A stretch of 64,000 bases of DNA from Candidatus Omnitrophota bacterium (GTDB lineage Bacteria > Omnitrophota > Omnitrophia > Omnitrophales > Aquincolibacteriaceae), in assembly GCA_016930235.1 (NCBI GenBank), contig JAFGHI010000042.1, positions 2,550-66,549 of the forward strand. Direction: 5' to 3'. Both the position numbers and the translations under genes were made by a program. This document shows positions 19,140 through 29,530 of the stretch, piece after piece. Below the pieces are notes generated by a model. The model was not told the origin of the DNA, made no database searches, and saw only the letters and a list, made by a program, of their open reading frames with translations. Each line of letters starts with the position of its first letter. The first letter of the stretch is position 1.

Positions 19140-19394
19140 ATGGAAAGGCGAATCGGATTTGTCGGGATCTTAGTTGAAAGCAGGAAAAAGACGGCGGCCA
19201 TGATCAATCAGATTTTATCGGATTTTGCGGAAATTATTGTCGCCCGGGTCGGGGTTCCTTATAAGGAAAGAAATGTTTCCGTGATTACCCTGATTGTGGA
19301 TGCGACGAGTGATGAGATCGGAGCCCTGACCGGGAAATTGGGATCATTAGACGGGGTTTCGGTCAAGTCGGCGTTTGCGAAAAACGGCGGTTAG
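19140..19394 (+). CDS. Putative iron-only hydrogenase system regulator (TM1266-like, ACT/NikR-C-like small protein)
   Basis: 84 aa. The pattern GILVE.R......IN.IL..F...I..R.G.PY.E.N.S.I.L...T.DEIGALTGKLG...GV.VK matches the small family found next to hydEFG loci. Assignment is from memory of that family. Confidence 0.55.
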   Translation: MERRIGFVGILVESRKKTAAMINQILSDFAEIIVARVGVPYKERNVSVITLIVDATSDEIGALTGKLGSLDGVSVKSAFAKNGG

Positions 19395-19429
19395 TCCGGA
19401 CTATTCATTATTTTTAAAGGAGAAATGGG

Positions 19430-20698
19430 ATGTTGAAAACACCAAAATCGCTAAGGCTGCATCTTGGACTTTTCGGGCGGACCAATGTCGGGAAGTCCAG
19501 TTTCCTCAATATGGTGGCGGGGCAGGATGTGTCGATCACATCGCCCATGCCGGGAACGACAACGGACGTTGTTGAGAAGCCTATGGAACTACTCCCGATC
19601 GGACCGGTTGTTTTTTTGGATACCGGAGGGATTGATGATACGTCCGTTTTGGCAAGAAGACGGATTGATCGGACACAGAAGGTTTTTGATCGGTCCGACA
19701 TTATTATTCTAATCACGGAACCTGAACGCTGGTCCGATTTTGAAGAACGAATTGTTCATGAGGCCGCTCAGCGAAAGATTCCCTTTTTGGTGGCAGTGAA
19801 TAAAACCGATATCCGGGAACCGTCCGAGGGATTTATTCAGAAGATCAAAGCCAAGACAAAGTATCTCGTTTTTTGTTCAAGCTTAAACATAGGTAAGCGG
19901 GATGATTATGTTAATACCCTTAAAAGCCATCTCCTCGAAATCTGTCCTGACGATTTCATCAAACCGCCTCCTTTAATTGGAGATTTGCTGCCGCCGAAAA
20001 GCCTGGTGATCCTTATTGTGCCTATTGATCTGGAGGCCCCTAAAGGAAGATTGATCCTGCCGCAGGTCCAAACCATTCGGGACATTTTGGATCATCACGG
20101 AGGTTCTTTGACGGTCAAGGAAAGTGAATACGCCCAAATGCTGACAAGGCTAAAAACTCCGCCGGACCTTGTGGTTTGTGATTCACAGGTGGTAGACAGA
20201 ATGGTTCGAGAGACGCCTGAAGGGATTTGCTGCACCACGTTTTCGATTCTCTTTTCAAGATTGAAGGGGGATCTCGATCAAATGCTCAAGGGGGTCCGGG
20301 CTGTCGGAAAGTTGAAACCCAAAGATAAAGTCTTGATTGCTGAAGCCTGCAGCCATCATCCTCTGGAAGACGATATTGGGAGGATTAAAATCCCAAAGTG
20401 GCTTACAAGTTACGTAGGCGGAGATATTCAGTTTGATGTTTGTTCGGGCCGGGATTTCCCCGGCAACTTAAAAGAATACAAACTGATTATTCATTGTGGG
20501 GCCTGCATGTTCACGCGCCGAGAAATGCTTTCGCGAATTCAGAAAGCACAGGAAGCGGGGGTCCCGATCACCAATTACGGGATTTGTATTTCCTACCTGC
20601 AAGGCGTCTTGGAGAGGGTGCTTATTCCTTTTCCCGGCGCTTTGGAAACCTTTCAGCAAGGAAAGACCGATCGATTGGCGAGGAACGTTCTATGTTAA
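19430..20698 (+). CDS. hydF: [FeFe] hydrogenase H-cluster maturation GTPase HydF
   Basis: G1 motif GRTNVGKSS in an N-terminal GTPase domain; C-terminal Cys residues (CSHH, CGAC) are candidate FeS ligands. Confidence 0.85.
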   Translation: MLKTPKSLRLHLGLFGRTNVGKSSFLNMVAGQDVSITSPMPGTTTDVVEKPMELLPIGPVVFLDTGGIDDTSVLARRRIDRTQKVFDRSDIIILITEPERWSDFEERIVHEAAQRKIPFLVAVNKTDIREPSEGFIQKIKAKTKYLVFCSSLNIGKRDDYVNTLKSHLLEICPDDFIKPPPLIGDLLPPKSLVILIVPIDLEAPKGRLILPQVQTIRDILDHHGGSLTVKESEYAQMLTRLKTPPDLVVCDSQVVDRMVRETPEGICCTTFSILFSRLKGDLDQMLKGVRAVGKLKPKDKVLIAEACSHHPLEDDIGRIKIPKWLTSYVGGDIQFDVCSGRDFPGNLKEYKLIIHCGACMFTRREMLSRIQKAQEAGVPITNYGICISYLQGVLERVLIPFPGALETFQQGKTDRLARNVLC

Positions 20699-22185
20699 CG
20701 GAACCAGACCAGAGAAACGATTTTCAAAGCCGCATTCGGGAGGAGGAGATAGAAAAATATCTCGTCGACGGAAAGGATTTTATTCCCGAAGGGGAGATTG
20801 AGGAAAAGTTGGCAACTCACCGACATCCTGATTCCCAACATGTCCGGGATATCCTCGCGAAATCTTTATCCATTAAGACATTGGATCCCGATGAAACAGC
20901 AACCCTTCTTCATGTTTCAGATCCCGAGCTTCTTACCGAAATGCAGGAAACCGCGTTGAAAGTTAAAAAGAAAGTTTATGACAACCGGATTGTAACCTTT
21001 GCGCCTCTTTATCTTGGGAATTATTGTGTCAACAATTGTCTCTATTGCGGGTTCCGGCGGGATAACCGGGGTGCAAAACGTCATGTCCTGAGTCTTGATG
21101 AAATCCGCGAAGAAGTGAGAACCCTTGCCGGGGAAATCGGCCATAAACGTTTGATTGTCGTGTATGGCGAACATCCGCTGACAAATATCGATTACATGAC
21201 AAAGAGTATCCGCACTATTTATGAAGTGCGTGAAAAAACCAGAGGTGGCGTTGGTTGTATCCGGCGTGTCAATGTTAATGCGCCGCCGCTTAACGTGGAT
21301 GAGCTTAAACGACTTGCGGCGGTCGGGATCGGAACCTACCAGGTTTTTCAGGAGACCTATCACAAGAAAACTTATGATTATGTTCATCCCCAGGGGACTT
21401 ATAAGAATCATTACCGGTGGCGGCTCTATTGCATGCACCGCGCTCAAGAAGCGGGGATTGATGATGTCGGGATCGGCGCCCTTTTTGGCCTTTACGATTG
21501 GAGATTTGAAGTCATGGGGCTTCTTTATCATGCATGGGAATTGGAAAATCGTTTTGGGATAGGTCCTCATACCGTGTCTTTCCCACGGTTGGAACCGGCT
21601 TTTCATGCACCTTATATTCAGGATTCGCCTTATCGAGTTTCGGATGAAGATTTTAAGAAATTGATGGTCGTGATCAGGCTCTCGATTCCTTATACAGGGA
21701 TGATCATCACGGCCCGGGAGAATGCCGCGATGCGTCGGGAAGCCATTTCGCTGGGGATTACGCAAACAGATGCCTCATCCAGGATCGGGATTGGTTCCTA
21801 CAGCCATCCCGAAAGCGCCCAGCAGGAAGATAATCAGCAGTTTATCCTGGGAGATACCCGAAGCCTTGACGAGGTGATTCGGGAATATGCCCAGATGGGC
21901 TATATCAGTTCTTTCTGTACGGCCGGATATCGCTGCGGAAGAACCGGGAAATGCATCATGGATCTTCTTCGCAGCGGGCAGGAAGGGAAATTTTGCAAAT
22001 TGAATGCCGTCTTGACCTTTCGGGAATGGCTGGATGATTTCGCGGGAGAAGAAACAAAATTGGCAGGGGAAAAGATCCTTTGCGGGGAGATTGAAGAAAT
22101 CCGACGACAGATGCCAAAGGTCTTCCCGCGATTTGAGGAGTATTACGAAAGGGTCCGGAAAGGGGAACGCGATCTCTATTTTTAA
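20692..22185 (+). CDS. hydG: [FeFe] hydrogenase maturase HydG (radical SAM tyrosine lyase)
   Basis: Radical SAM motif CVNNCLYCGF and the ThiH-like core. The C-terminal CTAGYRCGRTGKC is the auxiliary cluster site. Start at ATG 20692 overlaps the hydF stop. The longer upstream ORF from 20440 is read-through from hydF. Confidence 0.85.
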   Translation: MLTEPDQRNDFQSRIREEEIEKYLVDGKDFIPEGEIEEKLATHRHPDSQHVRDILAKSLSIKTLDPDETATLLHVSDPELLTEMQETALKVKKKVYDNRIVTFAPLYLGNYCVNNCLYCGFRRDNRGAKRHVLSLDEIREEVRTLAGEIGHKRLIVVYGEHPLTNIDYMTKSIRTIYEVREKTRGGVGCIRRVNVNAPPLNVDELKRLAAVGIGTYQVFQETYHKKTYDYVHPQGTYKNHYRWRLYCMHRAQEAGIDDVGIGALFGLYDWRFEVMGLLYHAWELENRFGIGPHTVSFPRLEPAFHAPYIQDSPYRVSDEDFKKLMVVIRLSIPYTGMIITARENAAMRREAISLGITQTDASSRIGIGSYSHPESAQQEDNQQFILGDTRSLDEVIREYAQMGYISSFCTAGYRCGRTGKCIMDLLRSGQEGKFCKLNAVLTFREWLDDFAGEETKLAGEKILCGEIEEIRRQMPKVFPRFEEYYERVRKGERDLYF

Positions 22186-22204
22186 TTAAAATAGGGATGA
22201 GGTC

Positions 22205-23215
22205 TTGTTTATGGAGAAATCCGAAATCATCGAGATCTTGAGGTCTGGAGATGTTCAATCTTTGAGCCGTCAAGCCAATCTTATTAGGGAAACTGCTTGC
22301 GGTCGGAAAGTTTATTTTCGGGGGCTCATTGAGTTTTCAAATTATTGTGTCCGGGATTGCCTTTATTGCGGTCTTCGCAGGAGTAATCGGAAGCTTAAGC
22401 GGTACCGCCTGACGGTTGAGGAGATCATGGCTTGTTGCAGAGCCATTGCCGAATCAGGGATCAAAACCGTTGTCCTCCAATCGGGAGATGACTTCGGTTA
22501 TCAACAGGCCCAGTTGATCGACCTCATTAATCAGATTAAAACCGCCTATCCGGATATGGCCATAACGCTCTCTTTAGGAGAGAGAGATCGGGAAGATTAT
22601 CGGCTGTTCAGAGAGGCGGGAGCTGACCGGTATCTCTTAAAGCATGAGACAATACAACACTCCCTTTACCAGGAGTTTCATCCGGGGCAATCTTTAAGAT
22701 ATCGCTTGCGTATCCTCTTCTATTTAAAAGAGTTAGGATATCAGGTCGGGACTGGGATTATCGTAGGTTTGCCTTCTCAGACATTAGAAGATCTAGCTGA
22801 GGATCTTCTATTCCTTCAAGGCTTTAAACCTGATATGATAGGCATCGGTCCTTTTATCCCCCAGAAGGATACCCCTCTTGGAAGGAACCCGAGTCCCTCC
22901 CTGGAGTTGGTCTTAAAATGTTTAGGATTGATCAGAATTTTGACAAGAGATGCCCATCTCCCTGCAACGACAGCAGTGGCAACGCTCGGAGGCTTGGAAG
23001 CACAACGCAAAGCTTGTGAAGCAGGATGTAACGTCATTATGATCAATTTTACCCCGCCTAGCCACCATCAAGATTATAGGGTTTACGATGATAAGTTCAG
23101 GGTGGATCTGAGAAGCGCCATGGAGGTTGTTTCTGCTGCGGGAATGATCCCATCCCTGGAGCGCGGCGATTCATTGCAATTAAAGGAGATGGACTCAGCA
23201 AAGGGGAATATTTAA
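22205..23215 (+). CDS. hydE: [FeFe] hydrogenase maturase HydE (radical SAM, BioB-like)
   Basis: Radical SAM motif CVRDCLYCGLRRSN. The roughly 336-aa biotin-synthase-like fold is typical of HydE. Confidence 0.85.
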   Translation: MFMEKSEIIEILRSGDVQSLSRQANLIRETACGRKVYFRGLIEFSNYCVRDCLYCGLRRSNRKLKRYRLTVEEIMACCRAIAESGIKTVVLQSGDDFGYQQAQLIDLINQIKTAYPDMAITLSLGERDREDYRLFREAGADRYLLKHETIQHSLYQEFHPGQSLRYRLRILFYLKELGYQVGTGIIVGLPSQTLEDLAEDLLFLQGFKPDMIGIGPFIPQKDTPLGRNPSPSLELVLKCLGLIRILTRDAHLPATTAVATLGGLEAQRKACEAGCNVIMINFTPPSHHQDYRVYDDKFRVDLRSAMEVVSAAGMIPSLERGDSLQLKEMDSAKGNI

Positions 23216-23239
23216 AATTGCTGTCTGAGAAAACAAGGG

Positions 23240-25615
23240 ATGAAGTCAACGGAGCGAGATAAATTGGACAGTCAGTTACAAGGTAAAGAAAGATTAAGAA
23301 TCAAGGTTGCCGGAGTCATCCAGGGGGTTGGCTTTCGTCCGTTTATTCATCGTCTTGCACAGGAACTTCATTTGACCGGATGGGTCTGTAATACGGTTGA
23401 GGGAGTTGTTATTGAAGTCGAAGCGGACACTGCAACGTTACGGTCGTTTCTTGAGAAAGTTCATTCAGAAAAACCGCCTCATGCCCATATTCAGAGCCTT
23501 GAATCAACCTACCTGGATCCTTGCGGTTACTCCAATTTTGAGATTCGGGAAAGTCATGAAGCGGGTGAGAAAACGGCCGCTATCCTTCCGGACATTGCCA
23601 CTTGCCCGGACTGTTTAGCCGAAATATCGGATCCCCAAAACCGGCGGTATCGATATCCTTTTACAAATTGCACTTATTGCGGACCGCGTTATACCATTAT
23701 GGAAGTACTGCCCTATGATCGGTCCAAGACGTCCATGAGACATTTTCAAATGTGCTCTGACTGTCAAGCCGAATACGAGAACCCCGAAGACCGGCGTTTT
23801 CACGCTCAGCCCAATGCTTGCCCCCAATGCGGTCCGCGCTTGGAGTGGTGGGATACCCAAGGGAACGCTTCCGCGGTGCGTGAAGAAGCGCTCCAAAAAG
23901 CCTGCGAAGCCCTTCGTGAAGGCAAAATCGTTGCGGTCAAGGGACTGGGCGGTTTTCATTTGATGGTCGATGCACGCAACGAAGAATCGATCAACCGATT
24001 GAGGGACCGGAAAGGGCGCGAAGAGAAACCTTTTGCGGTCATGTTTCCGGATTCAGAGAGTGTTAAAAACGAATGCCAAGTAAGCCCTGAAGAAGAATGG
24101 ATCTTGAAATCTCCGGAAGCCCCGATTGTTTTACTCCGCAAACTCGGGGAAAATTCATCCCTGGCTCCATCGATAGCCCCTCATAATCCTTATTTGGGTG
24201 TTTTGCTTCCTTATACACCTCTTCACCATTTAATCATGAAAGAGCTTGGTTTTCCCCTCATTGCCACAAGCGGCAATCTTTCGGATGAAACAATTTGCAT
24301 TGATGAAAGGGAAGCGGTGGAAAGGCTGGCTGGGATTACGGACGGTTACCTTGTCCATGACCGTATTATTATCCGGCATGTGGATGATTCGATTGTCCGC
24401 ATGATGGGCGGACGAGAGATGGTGCTTCGCCGGGCCCGCGGTTTTGCTCCGATGCCGGTCTTTCTGAAGAAAAATGGATGCTCCGTTTTAGCGGTCGGGG
24501 CTCATTTAAAGAATACAGTCGCAATTTGCCGCGCTGGGCAAGCGATTGTGAGCCAGCATATCGGGGACCTTGAGACAACTCAAAGTTATGATGCCTTCCT
24601 CAATGTCGTCTCGAGTTTTAAATGGCTTTATGGCTTCTCTCCGGAAGTAGTTGCCTGTGACCTTCATCCTGATTTTCTTTCAAGCCGTTTTGCCAAGTTA
24701 TCCGGGTTTCCCGTTATTCCTGTTCAGCATCATGTGGCGCATGTCCTTTCCTGTATGGCGGAAAACGAGATTGAAGGTCCTGTCTTGGGAATCTCATGGG
24801 ATGGGACGGGATATGGCCCCGATCAAACGATCTGGGGAGGGGAATTCATATTGGTTGACGGGAATTCTTACCGCAGGGTAGCTCATTTCAGGCCCTTCTC
24901 GCTTCCGGGCAATGAAAAGGGAGTGAAAGAACCGAGAAGGTCGGCCCTTGGTTTGCTTTATGAGATCTTTGGCGAGCAGCTTTTTTCTAAAAAGGGGATT
25001 ATTCCTTTAATGACTTTCTCCAAGCGAGAACTTAAGTTGATTCAGGATATGTTAAAGAAGAAGCTGAATTCCCCACAGACCACCAGTGCGGGCAGACTTT
25101 TTGACGCGGTGGCTTCCCTTTTGGGGCTATGTCATCTCAATCGTTATGAAGGGCAAGCGCCGATGATGCTGGAGTTTGCTGCCGAGGCCGAAAAAACGGA
25201 GGAAAGTTACCCGTGTCCCGTTGTCGGGATACCTCAAGGGAAGGCGGAGAAGCCCAAAAAAAGAAAGAAAAAGAAAGAGGATGACTTTCAAGAAGCCGAG
25301 TTCCTGGTCGATTGGGAACCCATGATTTGGGAAATAATCAAAGACGTGCGTTCGGGTCTTTCTCACGGTATAATATCCGCCAAATTTCATCATAGTCTGG
25401 CCGAAGCAATCGTTACCCTGGCGGAACGTGTGGCACGCGAGAAAGTGGTTCTCACCGGAGGCTGCTTCCAGAATAGGTTCTTGACCGAACGGGTCATTGA
25501 GCGGCTTCGAAATAAGGGGTTTCGCCCCTATTGGCATCAACGCATCCCTCCCAATGATGGCGGTATTGCTCTTGGGCAGTTAGTGGCTGTTTTAGGAAAG
25601 GGAGGGCGTGTTTGA
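23240..25615 (+). CDS. hypF: [NiFe] hydrogenase maturation carbamoyltransferase HypF
   Basis: Acylphosphatase domain VAGVIQGVGFRPF and two Zn-finger pairs (CPDC...CTYCGPRYT, CSDC...CPQCGPRL), followed by YrdC-like and Kae1/carbamoyltransferase domains. Confidence 0.9.
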   Translation: MKSTERDKLDSQLQGKERLRIKVAGVIQGVGFRPFIHRLAQELHLTGWVCNTVEGVVIEVEADTATLRSFLEKVHSEKPPHAHIQSLESTYLDPCGYSNFEIRESHEAGEKTAAILPDIATCPDCLAEISDPQNRRYRYPFTNCTYCGPRYTIMEVLPYDRSKTSMRHFQMCSDCQAEYENPEDRRFHAQPNACPQCGPRLEWWDTQGNASAVREEALQKACEALREGKIVAVKGLGGFHLMVDARNEESINRLRDRKGREEKPFAVMFPDSESVKNECQVSPEEEWILKSPEAPIVLLRKLGENSSLAPSIAPHNPYLGVLLPYTPLHHLIMKELGFPLIATSGNLSDETICIDEREAVERLAGITDGYLVHDRIIIRHVDDSIVRMMGGREMVLRRARGFAPMPVFLKKNGCSVLAVGAHLKNTVAICRAGQAIVSQHIGDLETTQSYDAFLNVVSSFKWLYGFSPEVVACDLHPDFLSSRFAKLSGFPVIPVQHHVAHVLSCMAENEIEGPVLGISWDGTGYGPDQTIWGGEFILVDGNSYRRVAHFRPFSLPGNEKGVKEPRRSALGLLYEIFGEQLFSKKGIIPLMTFSKRELKLIQDMLKKKLNSPQTTSAGRLFDAVASLLGLCHLNRYEGQAPMMLEFAAEAEKTEESYPCPVVGIPQGKAEKPKKRKKKKEDDFQEAEFLVDWEPMIWEIIKDVRSGLSHGIISAKFHHSLAEAIVTLAERVAREKVVLTGGCFQNRFLTERVIERLRNKGFRPYWHQRIPPNDGGIALGQLVAVLGKGGRV

Positions 25616-25886
25616 GATGTGTTTGGCCGTGCCGGGTAAGATTATAAGCATTACAAATGAAGGGACTCTTGAACGGAAGGGAAAAGTCAGTTTCGGGGGT
25701 GTGATGCGGGATGTCAATCTTGCTTACGTGCCCGAGGCCCAAATCGGAAATTATGTCGTTGTTCATGTTGGAGTTGCCATTAACATATTAGATGAAAGTG
25801 AGGCTATGAAAGTGTTTGATTATCTTAAAGAAATAAACGAACTCAATGAACTTGAAAACAAGGAAGGGGGCGAGAGCCATGAGTAA
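25608..25886 (+). CDS. hypC: [NiFe] hydrogenase maturation chaperone HypC
   Basis: The N-terminal MCLAVPGKI is the conserved HypC/HupF start. Confidence 0.85.
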   Translation: MFEMCLAVPGKIISITNEGTLERKGKVSFGGVMRDVNLAYVPEAQIGNYVVVHVGVAINILDESEAMKVFDYLKEINELNELENKEGGESHE

Positions 25887-28800
25887 GAATTGTATTACGA
25901 TGGATGGAAATGAAGCAGTGGCTCATGTTGCCTACCGGATTAACGAGGTGATTGCGATTTATCCGATTACACCCTCCTCAGCCATGGGGGAATGGGCCGA
26001 TGCCTGGATGTCGGAAGGCAAACCCAATGTGTGGGGAACGATCCCTTCAGTGGTCGAGATGCAAAGCGAAGGCGGTGCTGCGGGTGCGATTCACGGTTCT
26101 TTGCAGACAGGCGCTTTATCGACGACGTTTACGGCTTCGCAAGGTCTTCTTCTGATGATTCCGAACATGTTTAAGATTGCAGGGGAACTGACGGCCGGTG
26201 TTATCCACGTTGCGGCGCGTTCGATTGCAGCTCAGGCCCTTTCTATTTTTGGGGACCACAGCGATGTAATGGCGGCCCGCAGTACCGGCTTTGCCATGCT
26301 TTGCTCGGGGTCTGTCCAGGAAGCCATGGATTTCGCCCTTATTTCTCAAGCGGCTTCGCTTGAGGCTAAAATCCCCTTTGTGCACTTTTTTGAAGGTTTC
26401 CGTACTTCCCACGAGGTCCAGAAGATCGAGTTACTCTCTGATGATGATATCCGCTCGATGATGGACGACAACCTGGTTTCAGAACACCGCGCACGTGCCT
26501 TGTCGCCGGATCATCCGGTTTTAAGGGGAACCGCTCAAAATCCCGATGTCTACTTTCAAGGCCGGGAGACGGTCAATCCGTATTACCAGAAGGCGCCTGG
26601 GATTGTCCAAAAGGTGATGGATAAGTTTGCCAAACTGACAGGCCGTCAGTACCGTTTGTTTGAGTATTTTGGTGCACCGGATGCAAAACAGGTGGTCGTC
26701 ATTATGGGTTCGGGCAATGAACCTGTCCATGCAACAGTGGATGCTATGCATGAGGCGGGGGACAAAGTAGGTGTCTTAAAACTTCGGCTTTACCGGCCCT
26801 TTGATATTCAAGCCTTTGTCAGTGCGTTGCCTAAAACCGTTGAAGCGATCGCTGTTCTCGACAGGTGCAAAGAACCCGGAAGTATGGGGGAGCCTCTTTA
26901 TTTGGATTGTGTCTCGGCGTTAAACGAAGCCGTCGAGAATGGGACCGCGCCTTTTTCTAAAATGCCGAAGATCGTTGGTGGGCGATACGGACTATCATCC
27001 AAGGAATTTACGCCGGCGATGGCCAAAGGTGTTTTTGATAATCTCAAATCCGGGAAACCCAAGAATCACTTTACGATCGGGATTCAGGACGATGTTTCCG
27101 GGACAAGCCTTCCTTATGACCCTGAATTTTCGACTGAACAAAAAGATGCGTTCCGGGCCCTTTTCTACGGTCTCGGGTCGGACGGGACGGTCGGCGCCAA
27201 CAAGAATACGATCAAAATTATTGGTGAAAACACTTCCAATTATGCCCAGGGGTATTTCGTTTATGACTCCAAAAAATCCGGAGCGGTGACGGTTTCTCAT
27301 CTGCGTTTTGGCCCCAAAGAAATCAAAGCACCTTATCTTATTACGAAGGCAAACTTTGTGGGTTGCCACCAGTATATTTTTATTGAAAAGTTTGATGACA
27401 TGCTGGACCGGCTTGTCCCGGGCGGAACGTTTCTTCTGAATTCACCTTATGATTCTGAAAAAACATGGGATGAGCTTCCCAGGGTCTTCCAGGAGAAGAT
27501 GATTCAGAAAAAGATAAAATTTTTCGTGATTGATGCTGTGAAAGTCGCTAAAGATTCGGGGCTTGGCCAGCGCATTAATACCGTGATGCAGGTATGCTTC
27601 TTCGGTATTTCCGGTGTCCTCCCGCGCGAAGAAGCTATCAACGCGATCAAGAAGTCCATCCAGAAAACTTACGGGAAAAAGGGAAATGAGATTGTGCAGA
27701 TGAATTTGAAAGCGGTTGACATGTCTCTGGAACATCTTCATGAGGTTAAGGTTTCGGCGAAAGCAACAAGCCAGAAAGAAATGCCAGCCTTGGTTTCTAG
27801 CACAGCGCCTGATTTTGTCCGTGATGTTTTAGGAAAAATTGTTGCCTGCCACGGCGATGAGCTTCCGGTCAGTGCGATGCCGGCGGACGGAACCTATCCC
27901 ACAGGGACCGCCTGCTGGGTGAAGCAGAATCTCGCTCTTGAAATCCCGGTTTGGGATCCGGAGGTTTGTATCCAATGCGGAAAATGCGCGATGGTGTGTC
28001 CGCATGCGGTGATCCGGATTAAGGCCTATGATCCGAAGTGTTTGGAGAAGGCGCCCAAGACGTTTAAGTCCAAGGAAATGAAGGATCCGACGTTGAAGGG
28101 ATTAAGCTATACGATTCAGGTTTCACCGGAAGACTGCACGGGTTGTGCCTTGTGTGTGGATGTTTGTCCTGCGAAGAATAAATCGCAGACGCGCTTAAAG
28201 GCCATCAATATGGAACCCCAGCCGCCTTTGAGGGAACAAGAGAAAGAAAACTGGGAGTTTTTTCTTTCCTTACCGGAAATTGACCGGAAGATCCTTAAAC
28301 TCAATATGGTGCGTCACCAGCAGCTTCAGCAGCCGCTGTTTGAATTTTCCGGGGCCTGTGCGGGCTGCGGGGAAACACCCTATGTGAAGTTGGCGAGCCA
28401 GCTTTTCGGCGACCGGATGATTGTTGCGAACGCAACGGGTTGCTCGTCCATTTACGGGGGCAATTTGCCGACGACGCCGTGGACGAAGAACAAGGAAGGG
28501 CGCGGTCCGGCATGGTCCAATTCGCTTTTTGAGGACAATGCGGAATTCGGTTTGGGTTTCCGGTTGGCCGTTGACAAACAGAAAGAGTTTGCCTTGGAAC
28601 TTTTAAAGAAGATAGCGTCCGAGGTCGGAACGGACCTGGCCGACGGAATCCTCAAGGCGGCACAAAAAACAGAGGCTGAGATTTTTGAGCAGCGGGAACG
28701 TGTGGAAGCCTTGAAAAAGAAATTGAATGGTTTGAGTTCTCAGGATGCCAAACGCCTGCTTGCGGTTGCCGACATGCTCGTTAAGAAAAGTGTGTGGATT

Positions 28801-29493
28801 ATGGGCGGTGACGGATGGGCCTACGACATTGGATTCGGAGGCCTGGATCATGTCCTTTCGATGGGGCGTGATGTCAACCTTCTTGTCTTGGATACGGAGG
28901 TTTATTCCAATACCGGCGGGCAGATGTCGAAATCGACACCGCGCGGGGCTGTTGCTAAATTTGCGGCGGGCGGCAAGCCGGCGGCGAAAAAGGATCTGGG
29001 GATCATTGCGATGACCTATGGCAATGTGTATGTGGCGAAAGTGGCCATGGGAGCGCGTGATGAGCATACGATCCGGGCATTTCTTGAGGCCGAGGCTTAT
29101 GAAGGCCCGTCTCTTATTATTGCCTACAGCCATTGCATTGCTCATGGGATCCGAATGTCAACGGCCATGCAAAATCAGAAGGTCGCCGTTGAAACGGGAC
29201 AGTGGCCGCTTTACCGTTTTCATCCGGACAAGGCCCGCGAAGGTCAGAATCCTTTTCAGTTGGATTCCCGCGCTCCGCAGGCGGCCGTCGATAAATTTCT
29301 GATGATGGAGAACCGGTTTAAAATGTTGACGAAGAGCCGTCCTGAAGAGGCCAAGGGGCTTTTTAAACTTGCTCAAAAGGATGTCAATACGCGTTGGAAG
29401 CTTTACGAATATTTAGCCGCCCGGCAGCCGGAAGGCGCAACGGGGGCTAAGGAAGAGAAACCAACTTTACAAAATTCAGGGAAATCATCCTAA
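25879..29493 (+). CDS. nifJ: Pyruvate:ferredoxin (flavodoxin) oxidoreductase, single-polypeptide PFOR (NifJ/Por)
   Basis: The start MSKNCITMDGNEAVAHVAY is typical of PFOR. Also present are a two-cluster ferredoxin domain (CIQCGKCAMVCP...CTGCALCVDVCP) and the TPP domain GDGWAYDIGFGGLDH. Start at ATG 25879 overlaps hypC by 8 nt. Confidence 0.9.
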   Translation: MSKNCITMDGNEAVAHVAYRINEVIAIYPITPSSAMGEWADAWMSEGKPNVWGTIPSVVEMQSEGGAAGAIHGSLQTGALSTTFTASQGLLLMIPNMFKIAGELTAGVIHVAARSIAAQALSIFGDHSDVMAARSTGFAMLCSGSVQEAMDFALISQAASLEAKIPFVHFFEGFRTSHEVQKIELLSDDDIRSMMDDNLVSEHRARALSPDHPVLRGTAQNPDVYFQGRETVNPYYQKAPGIVQKVMDKFAKLTGRQYRLFEYFGAPDAKQVVVIMGSGNEPVHATVDAMHEAGDKVGVLKLRLYRPFDIQAFVSALPKTVEAIAVLDRCKEPGSMGEPLYLDCVSALNEAVENGTAPFSKMPKIVGGRYGLSSKEFTPAMAKGVFDNLKSGKPKNHFTIGIQDDVSGTSLPYDPEFSTEQKDAFRALFYGLGSDGTVGANKNTIKIIGENTSNYAQGYFVYDSKKSGAVTVSHLRFGPKEIKAPYLITKANFVGCHQYIFIEKFDDMLDRLVPGGTFLLNSPYDSEKTWDELPRVFQEKMIQKKIKFFVIDAVKVAKDSGLGQRINTVMQVCFFGISGVLPREEAINAIKKSIQKTYGKKGNEIVQMNLKAVDMSLEHLHEVKVSAKATSQKEMPALVSSTAPDFVRDVLGKIVACHGDELPVSAMPADGTYPTGTACWVKQNLALEIPVWDPEVCIQCGKCAMVCPHAVIRIKAYDPKCLEKAPKTFKSKEMKDPTLKGLSYTIQVSPEDCTGCALCVDVCPAKNKSQTRLKAINMEPQPPLREQEKENWEFFLSLPEIDRKILKLNMVRHQQLQQPLFEFSGACAGCGETPYVKLASQLFGDRMIVANATGCSSIYGGNLPTTPWTKNKEGRGPAWSNSLFEDNAEFGLGFRLAVDKQKEFALELLKKIASEVGTDLADGILKAAQKTEAEIFEQRERVEALKKKLNGLSSQDAKRLLAVADMLVKKSVWIMGGDGWAYDIGFGGLDHVLSMGRDVNLLVLDTEVYSNTGGQMSKSTPRGAVAKFAAGGKPAAKKDLGIIAMTYGNVYVAKVAMGARDEHTIRAFLEAEAYEGPSLIIAYSHCIAHGIRMSTAMQNQKVAVETGQWPLYRFHPDKAREGQNPFQLDSRAPQAAVDKFLMMENRFKMLTKSRPEEAKGLFKLAQKDVNTRWKLYEYLAARQPEGATGAKEEKPTLQNSGKSS

Positions 29494-29530
29494 ATCGTGC
29501 AGCGCAGGTTGAGCCAGGAGGAGTAAAACA

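Noticed and set aside
20440-22185. 581-aa ORF suggesting a much longer HydG
   Set aside because: The first 84 codons are read-through in the +1 frame of hydF. The conserved HydG N-terminus and a proper start (ATG 20692) occur just before the hydF stop.
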